Source: Klebsormidium nitens (taxonomy: Eukaryota; Plantae; Klebsormidiophyceae). Taken from it: DNA of 64,000 nucleotides. The notes under the pieces are model-generated. The model was not told the DNA's origin. It searched no databases and saw only the letters and a program-made list of their open reading frames with translations. Of the stretch, positions 24,201-37,270 are shown piece after piece. Made by a program: the position numbers and the translations under genes. Within the stretch, counting starts at the first letter, position 1. Every line of letters starts with the position of its first letter. The stretch lies in assembly GCA_000708835.1 (NCBI GenBank), contig DF237093.1, forward strand, positions 103,796 through 167,795, in the 5' to 3' direction.

Positions 24201-26650
24201 CAGCTACTTCGAGATCCAGCATGTCCGAAGGGCCACATTTCTGACTCTCACATCTGTAGATTGCTCTCTCCGAACGGTACTGGTTGATAACGAAGTCATA
24301 CTGCCAATCGCAAAAACCAATCATTGGTGACTTTAAAGTTGCTACTATTGCATATTTCACCTGGGGGAAAGCTTACGAAGCGTTGCAATGGACGGTCAGT
24401 TGATCAGCCGTCATAGAGGGGGTAGAACTTACCACCCAGTCCCCGGCCCTGAGATTGGCAGATTCCCCTGCGGGTAGACATTTGACCTCAGCCATGGGAA
24501 TGGCAGAAGGGCAAAAGCAAGTGCGCGAAATCGAGCGGGACCAGAGCTACACCTAAGCTGCGCTCCAGACCAGAAATCTTGTGCAAGCTTTGTTCTGAAC
24601 GCTTTTCAAGACAGGAGGCATGGACGGGAACCTGGATCTAATGGAAGCCAGGACAAAAAGGTGTCATGGGTCGATACGAGCACCTAGCACCCCGCGGCAT
24701 TTCATAGAGTTAAAGTGACGTACTGAATGTTAAGCCCTTAAACGAGAACCGCAGAGTGAGACACACCTCATGACTCACCTAGTTTTACGAACGGGAGGGG
24801 CGTGCTCGATTCCATCTTGACGACGGCGATGTCAGAAAGCGTGTCGAAACTCATGACCTGTTCGAGAGAGAAAAGAAAGGTATATATAATCGCAATTGCA
24901 CGTCAACTCATCAACATAGGGACATCCGGCAGGCAACAAATCTTCCGTCAGAGTATAGCAATGTGACATTTCCAATACACTGGTGCAAGGCGTCAAAATA
25001 CAATTGACCTGCCGAGTTCTAGGTTCCTCACCTTTCCCTCGAAAGTTCGACCGTCTTGCATCGTCACCAGAAGCTGCACAATCACGAGATGTTGGCTGTT
25101 GGAAACTTTTTGAGGAGAACCCCATCATTATAACACCTTCTGAAGTTGAATGTTTTGAAAGGTCTGCATGCGACGCCCGCTGCCCCAAGTGCACGGAGGT
25201 CACTCTGCAACAGGGTCCCACAGATCGGTAGGAAAGATGTAGATGGACAAGCTTCTCTGCTATAAGCAATCATTTGGAGAGTCTCTTCGGATCCACCCAC
25301 CTTTCCACGGTAAGCGCCTCGTTCCCTCCCTGTCATTTCTGCGACCACGTGTGCATTTGTGAGGATGGTTCCGTCCTTGTCCACGATGAAGCCAGAGCCG
25401 GCAGACTGGGACATCAACCAACCTCTCCCTGCAGATCGAAGTGACACAATTGTCCAAAAATATAGAAAAAATGTCAAAGCGCAGGTGCGGACAGCTAAGA
25501 TTGATTGACAAACGCCTGAGAAGTTGTCAACTCTTTACCGGGCACGAGGGCTTCAAGACTTCAGATGCTCTAGGAGTGTGTTTCCCACCTTTTTGGCATC
25601 AGGAGGCTGGGGAACTCCTTTAGATGGTCTGCTCACCAGATGAGACTGTGATGTTGACCACAGCAGGAGAAGCCTTTGCAGCGGCATCGGCAATAAAGTT
25701 TGCCGACAAGTACGGGCGAGTGGAGGACGTAGGCTCAGAACCGGCTGGGGCCGGCAAGGGTCTGGCTGCTTCCTGGCTTTTGAGGTACTCCGGAAGAGGC
25801 CCAGGGACTGAAGCTGGGGAGAGCTGGAGTTCTTTCTGGAGGTCGTTCTGCGCAAGCTCCTCGGAAACACCTGTGCCTAGGGACTGCTGTACTCTGCTGC
25901 GACCGAAGTTGGCGTGAACCAGATAAGGAGTTTGAGGGAGGAACTGCGCTGTTGTGGTGGTCAGAGGCAAGTAGGATGGACTTGTATTTTGGAAAGAGGA
26001 GGGACTTGTTGAAGATGGCCACGCGGGGGGAAGCAGATGGGCTTGAGTGTAGGACGGCCAAGCACCTGCAACAAAAGCAGAGACAGTCTGCAAGTTGATG
26101 TAGGGATCAGCAAGGATTCTCAGATAGGGGGCTTCCCTATACAGCTTTTATGCGACCACGTGATTGCTGATGATCCTAAAGCACTTGTTTGATGGAGAGT
26201 GGTCAAGAGACTGTGTGCCTAAGCATCAGACGCGCCAGGTATCTAGCATTGCTGTGTACAGACTTTCAAGGGACAGGACACCACCAGCTAACGCTTACTT
26301 GAAGCATGGATTCCCTCTGCACTAACATGAGCGCCACTGCTTCTCCGGTGGATTTCGGCTCCAAGCAAAGCCCCAACCCCAAATGAAGTCAAACATGCAG
26401 CAAGCACAGACCAGCTTCGCTTGGACTGATGCACTGCCTCATAAGTTTCTTCTTGAGCAGCTGCAAACAGTGGTGCGATTGTAAACCCGCCTTCATGCCT
26501 GAGCTGATCAGAGCCCGCGCAATGCTGCGAATTATGCAACAACCGACTTGCAGGAATCGCCACAACTCCCAGCTTTTCCAGAATTGCTGGACCAGCGCTC
26601 GCGCAACTGAGCGGCCGCAATGCAATCAACGCCCTGCCAACAAACGCCAT
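21259..26650 (-). CDS. DEG14: DEG14/HtrA2-like serine protease with one PDZ domain, ~558 aa, 13 exons: 26650-26299, 26065-25637, 25428-25301, 25073-25032, 24857-24779, 24467-24433, 24076-24021, 23696-23615, 23178-23116, 22722-22643, 22187-22067, 21667-21575, 21375-21259
   Basis: NFIADAAAKASPAVVNI, GSGFIVDKDGTILTNAHVV (His), SDIAVVK (Asp), IQTDAAINQGNSGGPLV (Ser); PDZ VIPGSPAEKGGLMPGDVIVEFDG. Phases consistent (1677 nt); one GC-AG intron is required. Confidence 0.9.
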
Positions 26651-27156
26651 CCCAGCTCAGGATTGATGATAGCACCACCTTGACGCCCTGACCCTGAAGG
26701 CTTTCAAAGGCTCCGTATGTTGCAACACAGAGATGGACCCAGATAGACCTGAACAAACCAATGCTCGTCAAGGGAGTGCGCCCAGGGCCATGGCGTCCAC
26801 TCCATGCAGCAGCCGACTTTTGCAACATTAGGGTTCTGTTATCCTGCCTTCAAACTTCAAGGGTTTTGCTGGTGCCAGCTGCTGCCCGCTCACTTTCACA
26901 GGGAATTTTGAGCACTCAGCCTGACACAGACGCTTGATGGTGAGGTGGTGCAGCAAGTTTGTGGTGCTGGTGGCCATAGAATAGAAGCCAGCATCTCTTT
27001 GTACTTTTCGTTAATCCAGCTTTGACAGCTGATTGAGGGGACCGCATTTTGTGATCATTACGCAAGGTGGTCAGCAATTGCAGGGCGACAATGCCGGGAT
27101 GGGTCTCTGGCATGAAGAGTTTGTAAGGTGAAACTGTCGAGAATAAATGCTGAGCC
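26651..27156. promoter_or_regulatory. Putative bidirectional promoter / 5' UTRs (506 bp) between DEG14-like and oligopeptidase B
   Basis: Divergent start codons at 26650 (-) and 27157 (+). Confidence 0.5.
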
Positions 27157-30100
27157 ATGACTCTCATGTCGAGGTTCTCTCCTGCGGCAGCTCTGCAACT
27201 ATGTAAAGCAATCTTCTCTGGAGCTGTTGCACTCCAAGTGCCAACTGACCTCTTTAATCAGAGCAGAGCTTCGCGATCATTTCACCAGACGTTGCTCGAT
27301 CAGGTTCTGCCACCGCCAAGTAGTTCCCGAGAAGGTCCTGGCAGTAGTCAACAAGTTCTTCATGTTATTGGAGCTGAGCAGTCAAAGAATGTGGCGCCAT
27401 CATCTGATGTGCGCAGCTCGAATTCCTGGCAGCGGCTGTCACCAAAACTTTTGCGTGCACCGTTTGGTCGCAAATATACACCTTCATCCGCTTTCAAAGG
27501 GCTCCATTGCAGTGAGGCACCTCGTCACTTTAGTCGAGAAGCTTGGTTCAGAACCTCAGAGACACCCCCTATCGCTGAGAAAAGGCCCTTTCAGCGAAGG
27601 GCACATGGGACCATCTGGGATGACCCGTATCAATGGCTCGCGGATCCTTCTGATCCAGCAGTGCAGGAACTTTTGGAGCATGAGAATGCTTATGCCGAGG
27701 CATACCTTGCCAAGACAGCTAGCTTGCAAAGGAAGCTTGAGCAAGAAATGAAAGCACGATTGCCCCCAGATGAGACGAGCCCTCCAGAAAGGTAAGCAGA
27801 CATACTCTATGCCTTTGAAGAAGTTGAGTGTCCAAACGACGGAGGGCAGAGGTGTTCAGTGACATCCAGACCTTCTGTGAAATGTCATTCTTGTCCTGCC
27901 TGCTTAGAGGTCTTTCCATACTTGGTAGAAGCTTGATGACATTTCTTCAAGGTGAAGCTTTGAAAAAGTAGGCTCTTCCTTTGGGACGTTCCCCTCCTAG
28001 TCGGAGCTTGATGACGTTTCCTTCAGCTCCTGATGCACAAATCCAATGTGAAGCAGGCCTCTCTTACACCTTGTCCCTTGTTGCCAGACTGGCCTTCCTT
28101 TTAAACCAGTCCAGATTCCATGTCTCATGCTGCCCTGCCAGGTGGGGCAAGTGGCACTACTGGTGCAAGGAAGGCCCTGACAACAAGGACTACCCCATCT
28201 TCTACCGCCGTCGAGTGGGGGAGCCTGGCATACAACCAGAGCTTTTAAAGGATGAGGTGCTCCTGGACCTGAACGAGCTGGCAGAGGAGTTTGGTGAGGT
28301 GCGCCTTCAATGTTGGGCCTTACATTTTCTCCTAAAAATGAAATTCTGTGGATTTTTTTTGCAAGGAGGCAGTTACAAGCTGTGGTGTTGTAGGTCGTTT
28401 CGACGCTTCTGCTATGTTCGTAATCTTTGCGGGGCCTTCCTCCCTCCTCGTGTCTAAGCCTTCAAGCGGCCTACTGAGTGGGAGGATTTCCTACACGACG
28501 TCTGCAAGGCTTTGAGTTCTTTCGCCAAGATTTCAAAGCCTTGCAGCTCAGTCGAAAGCTAAGAATTCCTACAACGAGCCTTTCAACGGGCATACTCTGA
28601 GCTTCCAACGTGCCTTACCTTACAGGGTACGTCCACGTCGGCGCCTGTGAGCCCTCCCCTGACCACCGCTACCTTGGCTACACACTTGATGCAACAGCCA
28701 CAGAATCCTGGACCCTGTTCATAAAGGACCTGACGACCGGAAAGCTACTGCCACGTGGAACGATACAAAATGTCGTCAGCTCCAAGTGGGCAGAGGACGG
28801 TCAGACTGTTTTGTACACTCAGGTTCGTCTCCTACCTTGCATCTCCAACTTCGCAGCAAGATTTTATATTGGAACGTACAGGCGCTTTTGCCGAATTTGT
28901 TGTCGGTTAAGCGAGTGCATCTTGGGGGCCAATCAAACTGTTCACGAGGTGTGACGCCTGCACGCACTAAGTTCGTCTCACCGTAAACTCAACGTGAGAA
29001 GCTTGATTTCTTGATTTCCCTTTGTACGCCGCTCTACGCGGTGACCTTCCTATCAACGCTTGGACTTGTTCATGCCATCCTCAAAAGGTTCACAACGGGA
29101 CTCAGCAGCTCCGACTAGAACATCGTCTCACCTGCTCAATCTCGACATACAAACGTGGCCTCTTGTTTCCAGGCGAACGAACTTCAGATCCCGACCAAGA
29201 TTTTCAGCCGACGTGTGCTAGGACCGCACGCCTCTGAAAGCGAAGAGGACCGCTTGGTCTATGAAGAAGCTGGGGGCCCGGAATGGTTCGCTGACGTGTC
29301 AAAAACAAAAGACGGAAAGTTCCTGACAATCAACGTCAACTCCAGAAACTGCTCCGAGGTGCGTTCTTTCAAAGCGCAGAGGAAGCTTGAGTTTGCATTA
29401 GATGGTGTCCTGGCTCTTCCGCAGCACAAGTGATCATTAAGAGGCGAAGTTCAAGCACTGATAACAGGCTCCGTTTCAGCTTCAGCCCGGTTTGCCATGT
29501 CTGTGGACATAGAGCGAGCTGCCCTTTCGAGCGGGCTTGGCTTTACAAGCAAGTTGCGTATCCCCGCTGCTAGTGCAGCTCCTTTGATACGTCTATCTTG
29601 TGTAAGACACCGTATAAGAGTTCGCTTTTGTCCTTCGAGGCTTTCGTCTCTTCTCGCTGTCCCTCTCTGCCATTTTGGCTGAAAGGAATCGGAAACCATC
29701 ACATTTGGCCGAGCTTGATCGCCACAATTTTGTTGGAACTGATCACAAAACTCCCACCCTGCAGGCTTTGAAGGCTCGTTTTTTTGCTATATTCCCAGTT
29801 CGCAAGGACGAAAAATCACAACGAATATCAAGCTGTGCTCTATATGCTGATCAGGTATCGTACCTAAGCAACGTCACTGCTTTTCTACAGGTCTACCTGC
29901 TCGACGCCGCAAATCCCCAAACCCCGCTCAGGCTGGTCCGCGCGCGCGAGCCCGGAGTCGAGTACTTTGTGGAGCACCATCGCGGGTCGCTCCTCATCCT
30001 CACCAACCAGGGCAACCCGGGGGGCGAGTACCGCCTCATGTGTGCGCCTGCAGATGACCCGGGGCAGCCCTGGAAGGTCAGTAGCTTTGTCTCGAGCACT

Positions 30101-33100
30101 TTCATATCTAAAGTTGCCGTTGTCCAGAGTCAGGCAGATCGAAGCCATCGTGGAGAGGCGCTGGCTGTAAGCGATGCAAATTTTGGAGGTCTGGTGACAC
30201 TTTAACGATGTGAGAAGAAACTTGATTCTGAACCTTCCAGCCTTGGACACAGAGAAGTCCCTCGTCTGTTCGCGCCTTGTCGGTTCCCGAGCTTTCGTCG
30301 AAATGCGTCTTTCCAAGGACCGATTAGACGAAGCCGCAGCAATTTGGATAGCTCGAATTAGACCGTCTGCCATTGGAGACTGAAAGCCCGCAAGGCTCGC
30401 TGATCCGCTCCTCTAACTTACTCGAACCTTGCTTTCGGTAACAAGATACCTCCAAGATCTTTCTTCTTCAGGAGCTCCTGCCCGCCGACCCCCGTGACGT
30501 CATCACCGACATGGACCTCTTCGCGGGACACTGCGTCATGTACACGCTGCGCGACGGCCTGCCCAACGTCACAGTCTATCCGCTGACGTCACCCGCAGAC
30601 TCCCCACTAACCAAGCCTCTCGAGGCGGGTGACCCGTTGGCACGCGTGCGGTCTCCGGCGGCGGAGGACGGGGCTCGGGAAATTTTGCCGGAGTACAACC
30701 TATTCGGAAACGGCAGACGGGTTTTCGACAACCCGACCGTATGCTCCATTGAGCCGGGCGCGAATGCGGCCTTCGAAGCGGAGTCGCTCCGGTTTACAGT
30801 TTCATCTCCAGTGGTAAGTACGTGCCCTATGAAGGTCTCTTACTGCACAATGCCTTTGACGTCCACGTTTCTCCTCTGTGGTGTGATCGATGTTTCTGCT
30901 CGTATCTGGTACATTGGATCTGTTTGCGGGTGCAGGTCCGTACGGCTGCTCCGCTTCTTTCCACTTGCAACTATTGTTTGCATTCCTGGCCAGCCTGTAG
31001 CGGGGACAGTGGCAGATGGCAGAGTAAAACAGTCTCTTGTTTGCGCACGCTTCTGTCTCTAAAGATCGACAAACGACCTTGTTGATCGACTCTTTGCTTG
31101 TGCTGTTCCTGCCGTGCAGACACCCGACACCGTCTTCGACTACGACATGTCGTACCACACGCTGACACGTGTCAAGCAGATAACAGTACCCGGCCTCGAT
31201 GTCAGTCCAGCAAACGCCACAAACGTAAATACTGCCGCCTCCAAAACTGCACCGCTTATTCGCCCCGCGCCGCTCCACACGCTCAACGGGTACACCTGCA
31301 CTCGCGTCACTGCCACTTCAGCAGACGGCACCGCCGTTCCGGTGACCGTCACCCACGCCTCCGATCTGCCCCTCGACGGCCGGAACCCCGCCCTGCTCAT
31401 AGGCTATGGCGCATACGGAGTACCCCAGAAAACCACGTGGTCGAGCCACACCTTGAGCCTCCTCGACCGGGGTTGGGTCGTCGCCACAGCACACGTGCGA
31501 GGGGGGGGCGAGTTTGGGAAACGGTGGCACGAAGCGGGAAGGAAAGAGAACAAGGTGCGGTCGTTTGAGGACTTTGAGGCCTGTGCGGAACTGCTCGTGA
31601 AGAAGGGTTTCGCGGACGGGGGTCGGCTGGCGGCGCAGGGGTCGAGCGCGGGGGGACTGCTTGTGGGGGCTGTGGTCAACAGGCGACCGGAGTTCAAGGC
31701 CGTGATACTGAAGGTAGGCGGGCCGTGCTGGCACGACTTTGATGTTTGCTGAGGGGCTGCTGAGCGATCCTCGAGACGTAACGTATCTCATTGACTGACA
31801 GTAATGCTTCAGCATACCGCGCCAAGGCAAAAGGTCCGCCCAAAGGCAAGATAGGATGGCCGTGGCCGCCTCTGTCCTCTGCTTCCTCTCGCGTGCTTTT
31901 CGCGAGCTTCGCGACTTCCGTTGCATATGATCCTGTGGCCAGGGATTTGCCACGCGAACACCTAAAATCCTCATTGCTCTTGTTATCCCTACTGCTTGCT
32001 GTAGAGATCAAGATCCATTCGGGGGGCCTCAGTCGCCGGGCGCCTTGATCGGTAGTGTCCAAGACGGAACCTTGAACCTTCCGGTTGGCAAGGTCCTGTT
32101 TTTGCCACTACCAAACGTTTTGAGTTCCAGGTGCCCTTTCTGGACGTCCTCCACACGATGCTCGACCCGAGCCTGCCGCTCACCGCCCAGGAGTACGAAG
32201 AGTGGGGCAACCCCGCCGCAGACCGGGCCGCCTTCGAACGCATCCGCAACTACAGCCCGTACGACAACGTCAAACAGGGTGCGCGGTATCCGGCGATGCT
32301 TATTACGGCCTCGATGCAAGATACGCGGTAAGAAGACTCTGTCGCTACACTTCACGTAGAGTCTGGCACAGAAAAGGATTTTACAGTGCGCGATCTCACT
32401 TTCGGGCTCATTACTGGGGTGCCGCATGTGTTTACCAAAAGGACGCATTACCTGTTGCAGGTTTGATGCTTATAGATATCGGAAGCGCGCTTGACGGTTG
32501 CAATTAGGAACCCGCCGGGCGACGTGTCGAGCATCGTAAAGATGGAAAATTTGGAGAACTTTGTTATATGTGTAATGGATTCCAATGTTGAAGCCCACAC
32601 AGAAAAAGTGGATCTTGTGCGAAGCATCTGACAGAGTTGCGAAAAGCTTCCAGTTTTTTTTTTCGAAACAGAGTGCTGAAGTTGCTTTCACCGAAACTGC
32701 TTGTGCACACAGTGTTATTCATCCTTCCGAAGAGTTGAGCCCTTGTCTTTACTCCTTCTGCTCGTTGGCTTCGCTTTGCACTCAAGCACGTTCGAGCCAT
32801 CGCCCCCAAATAGAGCTTTCCAGTGAGCAGAAACAGGGGTCTTTTCCTGAACCAACGTGGTTTTGCAGCGTTGGCTACTGGGAGGCGGCGAAGTGGGTCA
32901 GCAAACTGAGAGCTACTGTGCCGACGTCTTTGAAGGCACCTATTCTGCTTTTTACGAGCTTCAACGACGGGCACTTTGGCCAGGGCGGCCGGTATCAGCA
33001 GATACTCTTTGCAGCGAGGGAGCAGGCTTTCCTGTTGGATACGGTCGGAAGCAGAGAGTTTAGAAAAAGGGAAGGGTCAAAACGCAACGTGCTGGAGTTG

Positions 33101-33133
33101 GTGAAAAGCGTATGGAGGCGGACTACAAAATGA
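27157..33133 (+). CDS. OPB: Oligopeptidase B / protease II (S9A prolyl oligopeptidase family), ~917 aa. Exons: 27157-27791, 28142-28293, 28626-28822, 29173-29358, 29891-30076, 30472-30813, 31120-31713, 32131-32327, 32869-33133
   Basis: HGTIWDDPYQWL, LLEHENAY, YGAYG, HVRGGGEFG..WHEAG, GSSAGG (Ser), VPFLDV, EYEEWGNP, YSPYDNV, QDTRVGYWEAAKW (Asp), DGHFG (His). All junctions GT-AG and in phase (2754 nt). Confidence 0.92.
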
Positions 33134-33312
33134 TTTCGGCTATGATTAATGAAATGCTTTGCTGTTCACGCTTGCCACACGAACCGGCGTAGCACTCTAC
33201 AGAATGCCAGAACAACATGCATTTTGACATCCAGCCGAGGGCTACTATTATTGCTCTACAATCAACTGCACCAGCTCTATGTTCTACGAACTTCGGAATG
33301 CCAAGCTTGTAC

Positions 33313-33644
33313 TTAACAACCAGGGAAATCCAGGCCCGCGCAAGGAAACCATTGGCGCAGCCGCGAACGCACAGCTTTACCTTTTATTTGAACGTACCTT
33401 TGGGAGTGATCTTCGTTGAACGCATGTGCAAGGGCTCGGGCAGGCACGTATACGTAAGTTCCTGACCCCATGCAACACCTTGCTTTCGGAGTGCATGACA
33501 TATTCCAATGGTCTTGCATGACGTGGCATATAGAGGCCGCCAAGAACGGACGCATATGCTCCTGCAAATTGCATCCACAGTCGATCGCGATCGGCAGCCG
33601 TCCAGCTCTTCTTCACTAGGCTTGATAAAAACAACTTCATTCAA
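33313..33644 (-). pseudogene. Decayed relic R5 of the helical/MYND-associated family, head-to-head with F-box A
   Basis: ORF 33377-33640 contains FLSSLVKKSW (cf. R6 FLSSVLK, R3 IVKMIW), AYASVLGGLY (cf. R2 YYAALLEAL, R3 GALY) and NLRIRAC (cf. R3 NLRIAAC). Confidence 0.58.
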
Positions 33645-33950
33645 TCACTCCGGAGCAGAATCTTGAAATCATTGAAGTTGTTTCGCTATCGTCCTTGCTT
33701 TAAACGCTGGATGATGTATATTAATTGGACCCGGTCTCGCGCTACTCCCAAATACCTACACGCCGTGCGGCAGCGCCGGTGAGTGGTGAACTCGACACGT
33801 GCGTAACGCCATAAACCCTGCCACGATCGAACGGCCGCCGGGCCGCAGGCAGCGGCCGCGAGCGCGCGCCGTCCCATTACTGAAGGGCCGACCAAGTCGT
33901 AGGACTGCACACTCAGAGTGCGAGCTCAGGGGACTTGAAAGCGCACAAAG

Positions 33951-34973
33951 ATGGAGCACAAGCCGCAGGACCTTCTTTCCTGCTCTGAGCTGGGTAATGA
34001 AGATGCTGAAAAGTCTGCAACAATCAGCAGCTTGCCAGACGATATCCTGTCACTCATTTTGAACAAAGTCGCTGCGCAGGACTATGTTACCTTGCTGTCT
34101 CTCACTCTTGCGTGCAAGGCGTTCAGCCGCATCGCTCCTCCAAGCTTCCCCCTCTGGAAGAAAGCTTTCTTTGGCAAGAAGGAGCCGCCACAGGGATCAA
34201 GTGAGCTGAAGGCGCTTGAGGCGGAGATTGATAGTTTCGGTGGTTATAAGCACCTATTAGGCGCTCGGTTGCTGACATGGGATCCATCCACTGTAAGTTA
34301 CCCTAAAGGAAGCATGCTTTTCATCATGAGAACGATGGGGGGGCGGGTTTTCATGTGGGGGGGTGGTTTTGAGGAACCACCAACTAGAGAGGGAGCTTAT
34401 GGCCCACCGTATACATGGCGGGGTTGTCAGCTCAAGGCCCTGTTTCAGGTCGCCGATATGGACGACCTGATCAACGAGATTTGTCCGATTTACTCAAAAT
34501 ATAGAAAAATGATGCCACATCCTGGTGAAGAGCAGTCAATTGAACCTGGAGATTTTCTTAATGTATTGGAACACCACGATCCTGCTGGAAACCTACTTGC
34601 TTCTGGAGGGGTATCCCGGCAGGCTCTATCACAGACTGCACACGAATACTCTCGAATGCACGATTTCATTTTGCCCCGCTTCAATCTGCTTCCGGGCGAA
34701 TCACACGGGCACGAGATTGGTGTTTCAAGTACCCTCGTGCAGGTATGAGTCAATGGTGCATTGTCGATTGCATATCAGTAGGTCAATAGGACTCGGACTC
34801 GCAACCGGTGCAGGCCGTGCAGCCGAGGATAGCAGGGATAGGCTTGAAGGGACCTGCATGTTACACTCTCACATTCAACTCTTTCCAACCGACGAAAGGA
34901 CAGGAGAATGTAGGAATATAGGAAGCAGCTCCAGAATTACCAAGAACTTTTGATGGCAGGCGTCCCAAAGTAG
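33951..34973 (+). pseudogene. F-box protein paralog A, disrupted by two indels relative to paralog B; may still make a 265-aa truncated product
   Basis: F-box ISSLPDDILSLILNKV. Homology to B moves from ORF 33951-34748 to the frame of ORF 34525-34953 after a +4 nt indel near 34530-34565, then returns to the first frame for ELLMAGVPK* (stop 34971-34973). Confidence 0.72.
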
Positions 34974-36159
34974 TTTACACTTTGAAAGTTGCATTTAGAC
35001 ACATTCGGCAGTGGATGACCGATCTGAAGGTCCTGCGAACGCAACTTCTGATCACGACATCGGCGGAATTTGCTGAGTTGCCTAGCAAACTCACATCGCC
35101 ACAAACCTGACTATCTTCCTTGGTATAAATGAGTACACGAGACGCCTGCGGCTAACTCCACACCTTCAACAGTATCCGTATATACCTTCGCACTGGCATG
35201 TAGTTGAATAGAGCAGCTGGCCCGCTCCGCATCACCGCAACGTCCTCCATTCATTCATTAGGACGATACAACCAGTTCAATCATGTGTCTTATAGGCGCC
35301 GAAAGTAGGACGATGTTCATGATTCTTGGTCCAGCTTGTGAATAATAGGCTGCGAAAGAATTCCTCCTCATTCGGTCTGATCTTATTCTTCGTGTACTTC
35401 AATCGCTCCCGGCGGCCCTCAGCTCTGCAACCGGGCCATGGCAGTACGTCGTGATTCTGTCCAGCGTGATGTCCAAGCGCTCAACTATGAATGAATTATC
35501 ATGCAGTCAGCACGTCGGTGCATGCATGCAGGCTTCATTAATGATTGCAGGTTGTGTCTAGATTGTGCGCATGTGCGGTGTCAGAACCTAAGGGTTGCAT
35601 GAATGCCGGCTAGGTGTCAAACCTATGTTGCATTTCTATCTAGACGTTATCTGTGTTCTCTCAAATAAAGCATTCCATGCTGGAATCGCGCATCAATGGC
35701 ATGCAACGCGACTGGTCACTCGTACATAAACGCATATGCTGTGCTTCAAATTGTAGGAATGGATCAACAGAAAGTGCCGCTGCGTGACAGCGAATCTGAC
35801 GACATACTTTCGACCCTGTTTGCTTTCGTGCGACCACTCTCCTTCCAACATCAGGCAGATCATTGTCGCTTGAACGGGTTTTCAGCAATACTTAGACATG
35901 AGCAGGTTTCAACGAGTCGAGTACCGGCTAGTGAAGGCCCGAAAAGCAGCGAGACGATGCGGCCTGTTCCTGTCATGCGGGCTCGAGGCACATGTGGCTT
36001 GGGAACGCTTTCCACGCATACCGACCCTGTCTGCTGATCGTGCTGGTCTCTCTCAAAGGCACATGGCAGCAGTCCGGAACTACCGGACGTCGTCATTAAG
36101 TGCATAAGCCGAGTCTTTGCGCCTGGCACTCGGAGCGCTCTCTTTGCGCTGTTCAAAAC

Positions 36160-37270
36160 TCAGTCCTCATCATCCGACTCCACTATTCCATCCACCCGCT
36201 GTCCTTCGTTCCCTTGCTGCTCTCTTCCAGGTCCCCTACGCGCCAAACCCTGACCTAAACCCTGACCTAAACCCTGCACGTTTCCCTGGTCACGTGCCCA
36301 CCCCCTCCGTTCTGCCTCCGCTTGCGCTTGCTCGTACGCCTCTCTCTGTAAGTGCAGCTGCACCTGCTCTTGTTGCTCCTCGTTCAACTGCACCCCGTTT
36401 CCGTTCTCTCCCCCGCCGTGCTGCGGATCCAACCCCAAGTCGGCCCACGGCATAAGCGACCGCAGAAATTCTGTCCGTCCAGTTCCGCCGGCAGAGCCCC
36501 CTGCGGAACACCCCCCGCTTGCATATCAATCGCGGGAGGAAGCTCCGCCGGAATACCCGGAAGAGGGCCCCCCGCGGCCTCCTCGTCCGGCGGGAGAGTG
36601 TGTGTGTTGTTCGAGAACTCGGACACCGGCAGGTAAGCGTACTCGTTCTCGGTCGAGGGGAACGACTCGGATCGGACGCATGCCCAGTCGTCAGCAGCGG
36701 CTTTTTCGGTTGGGGTGTTCAAAGAGGTGACCGCGTTCTTGGCTGCCTGCTTCAGCCAGTCCTGTGGAGTAAAAAGAAGGGAGCGGAGGCATCAGGGCCG
36801 CGTCTGAACACAGCTTGCGAAGCACAAATGACAGACGCGCCACGGGCTTCAATCGACATGTGTGTAAAATGAAACCTTAGATCTCGAAACGACAGTTCAA
36901 GCTACCGCGATGGCCAATGCCTCGGTTGCAGAGTTGACTGCAAGAGCGCAAAGCGCGAAAGCTCAGCATGTCGTACAACCAATAGCTAGAACCCCAGGCT
37001 CGACCGCAACCCAAGAGATGCCAGTTTACTATACAAATCATAATGCAGACACTATCTATAGTCTCACACACATGCTGAGCATAGCACCTGCAAAAGACTC
37101 GTAAGCATGACCCAAATGGCGCGACGTCGGCTGCTGACATGCGCTTCCTGCGGCCGCCACAACAGGTGGCGGCGCTCCAGATAGATGTCAATCAGGTGCT
37201 CCAGAGTGGGGCCCCCAGCGGTCGCCTTTGCCGAGACAGGCACGTTCAGTAACTTGGCCCACTCCGAATC
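36160..37270 (-). pseudogene. TCF25: 5'-truncated duplicate of TCF25 (last two exons only: 37270-37139, 36761-36160) with a 13-nt frameshifting deletion near 36468
   Basis: Near-identical peptide to 42167-42036 and 41688-41086. ccgctgatgctgt is missing between gaat and ttctgcgg. No upstream TCF25 exons before 38 kb. Confidence 0.88.

Noticed and set aside
36245-36278. Telomere-like AAACCCT repeats (12-bp unit x3; x2 at ~41171-41192)
   Set aside because: They encode the QGLG repeat in TCF25 exon 7 and its copy; not an interstitial telomere.
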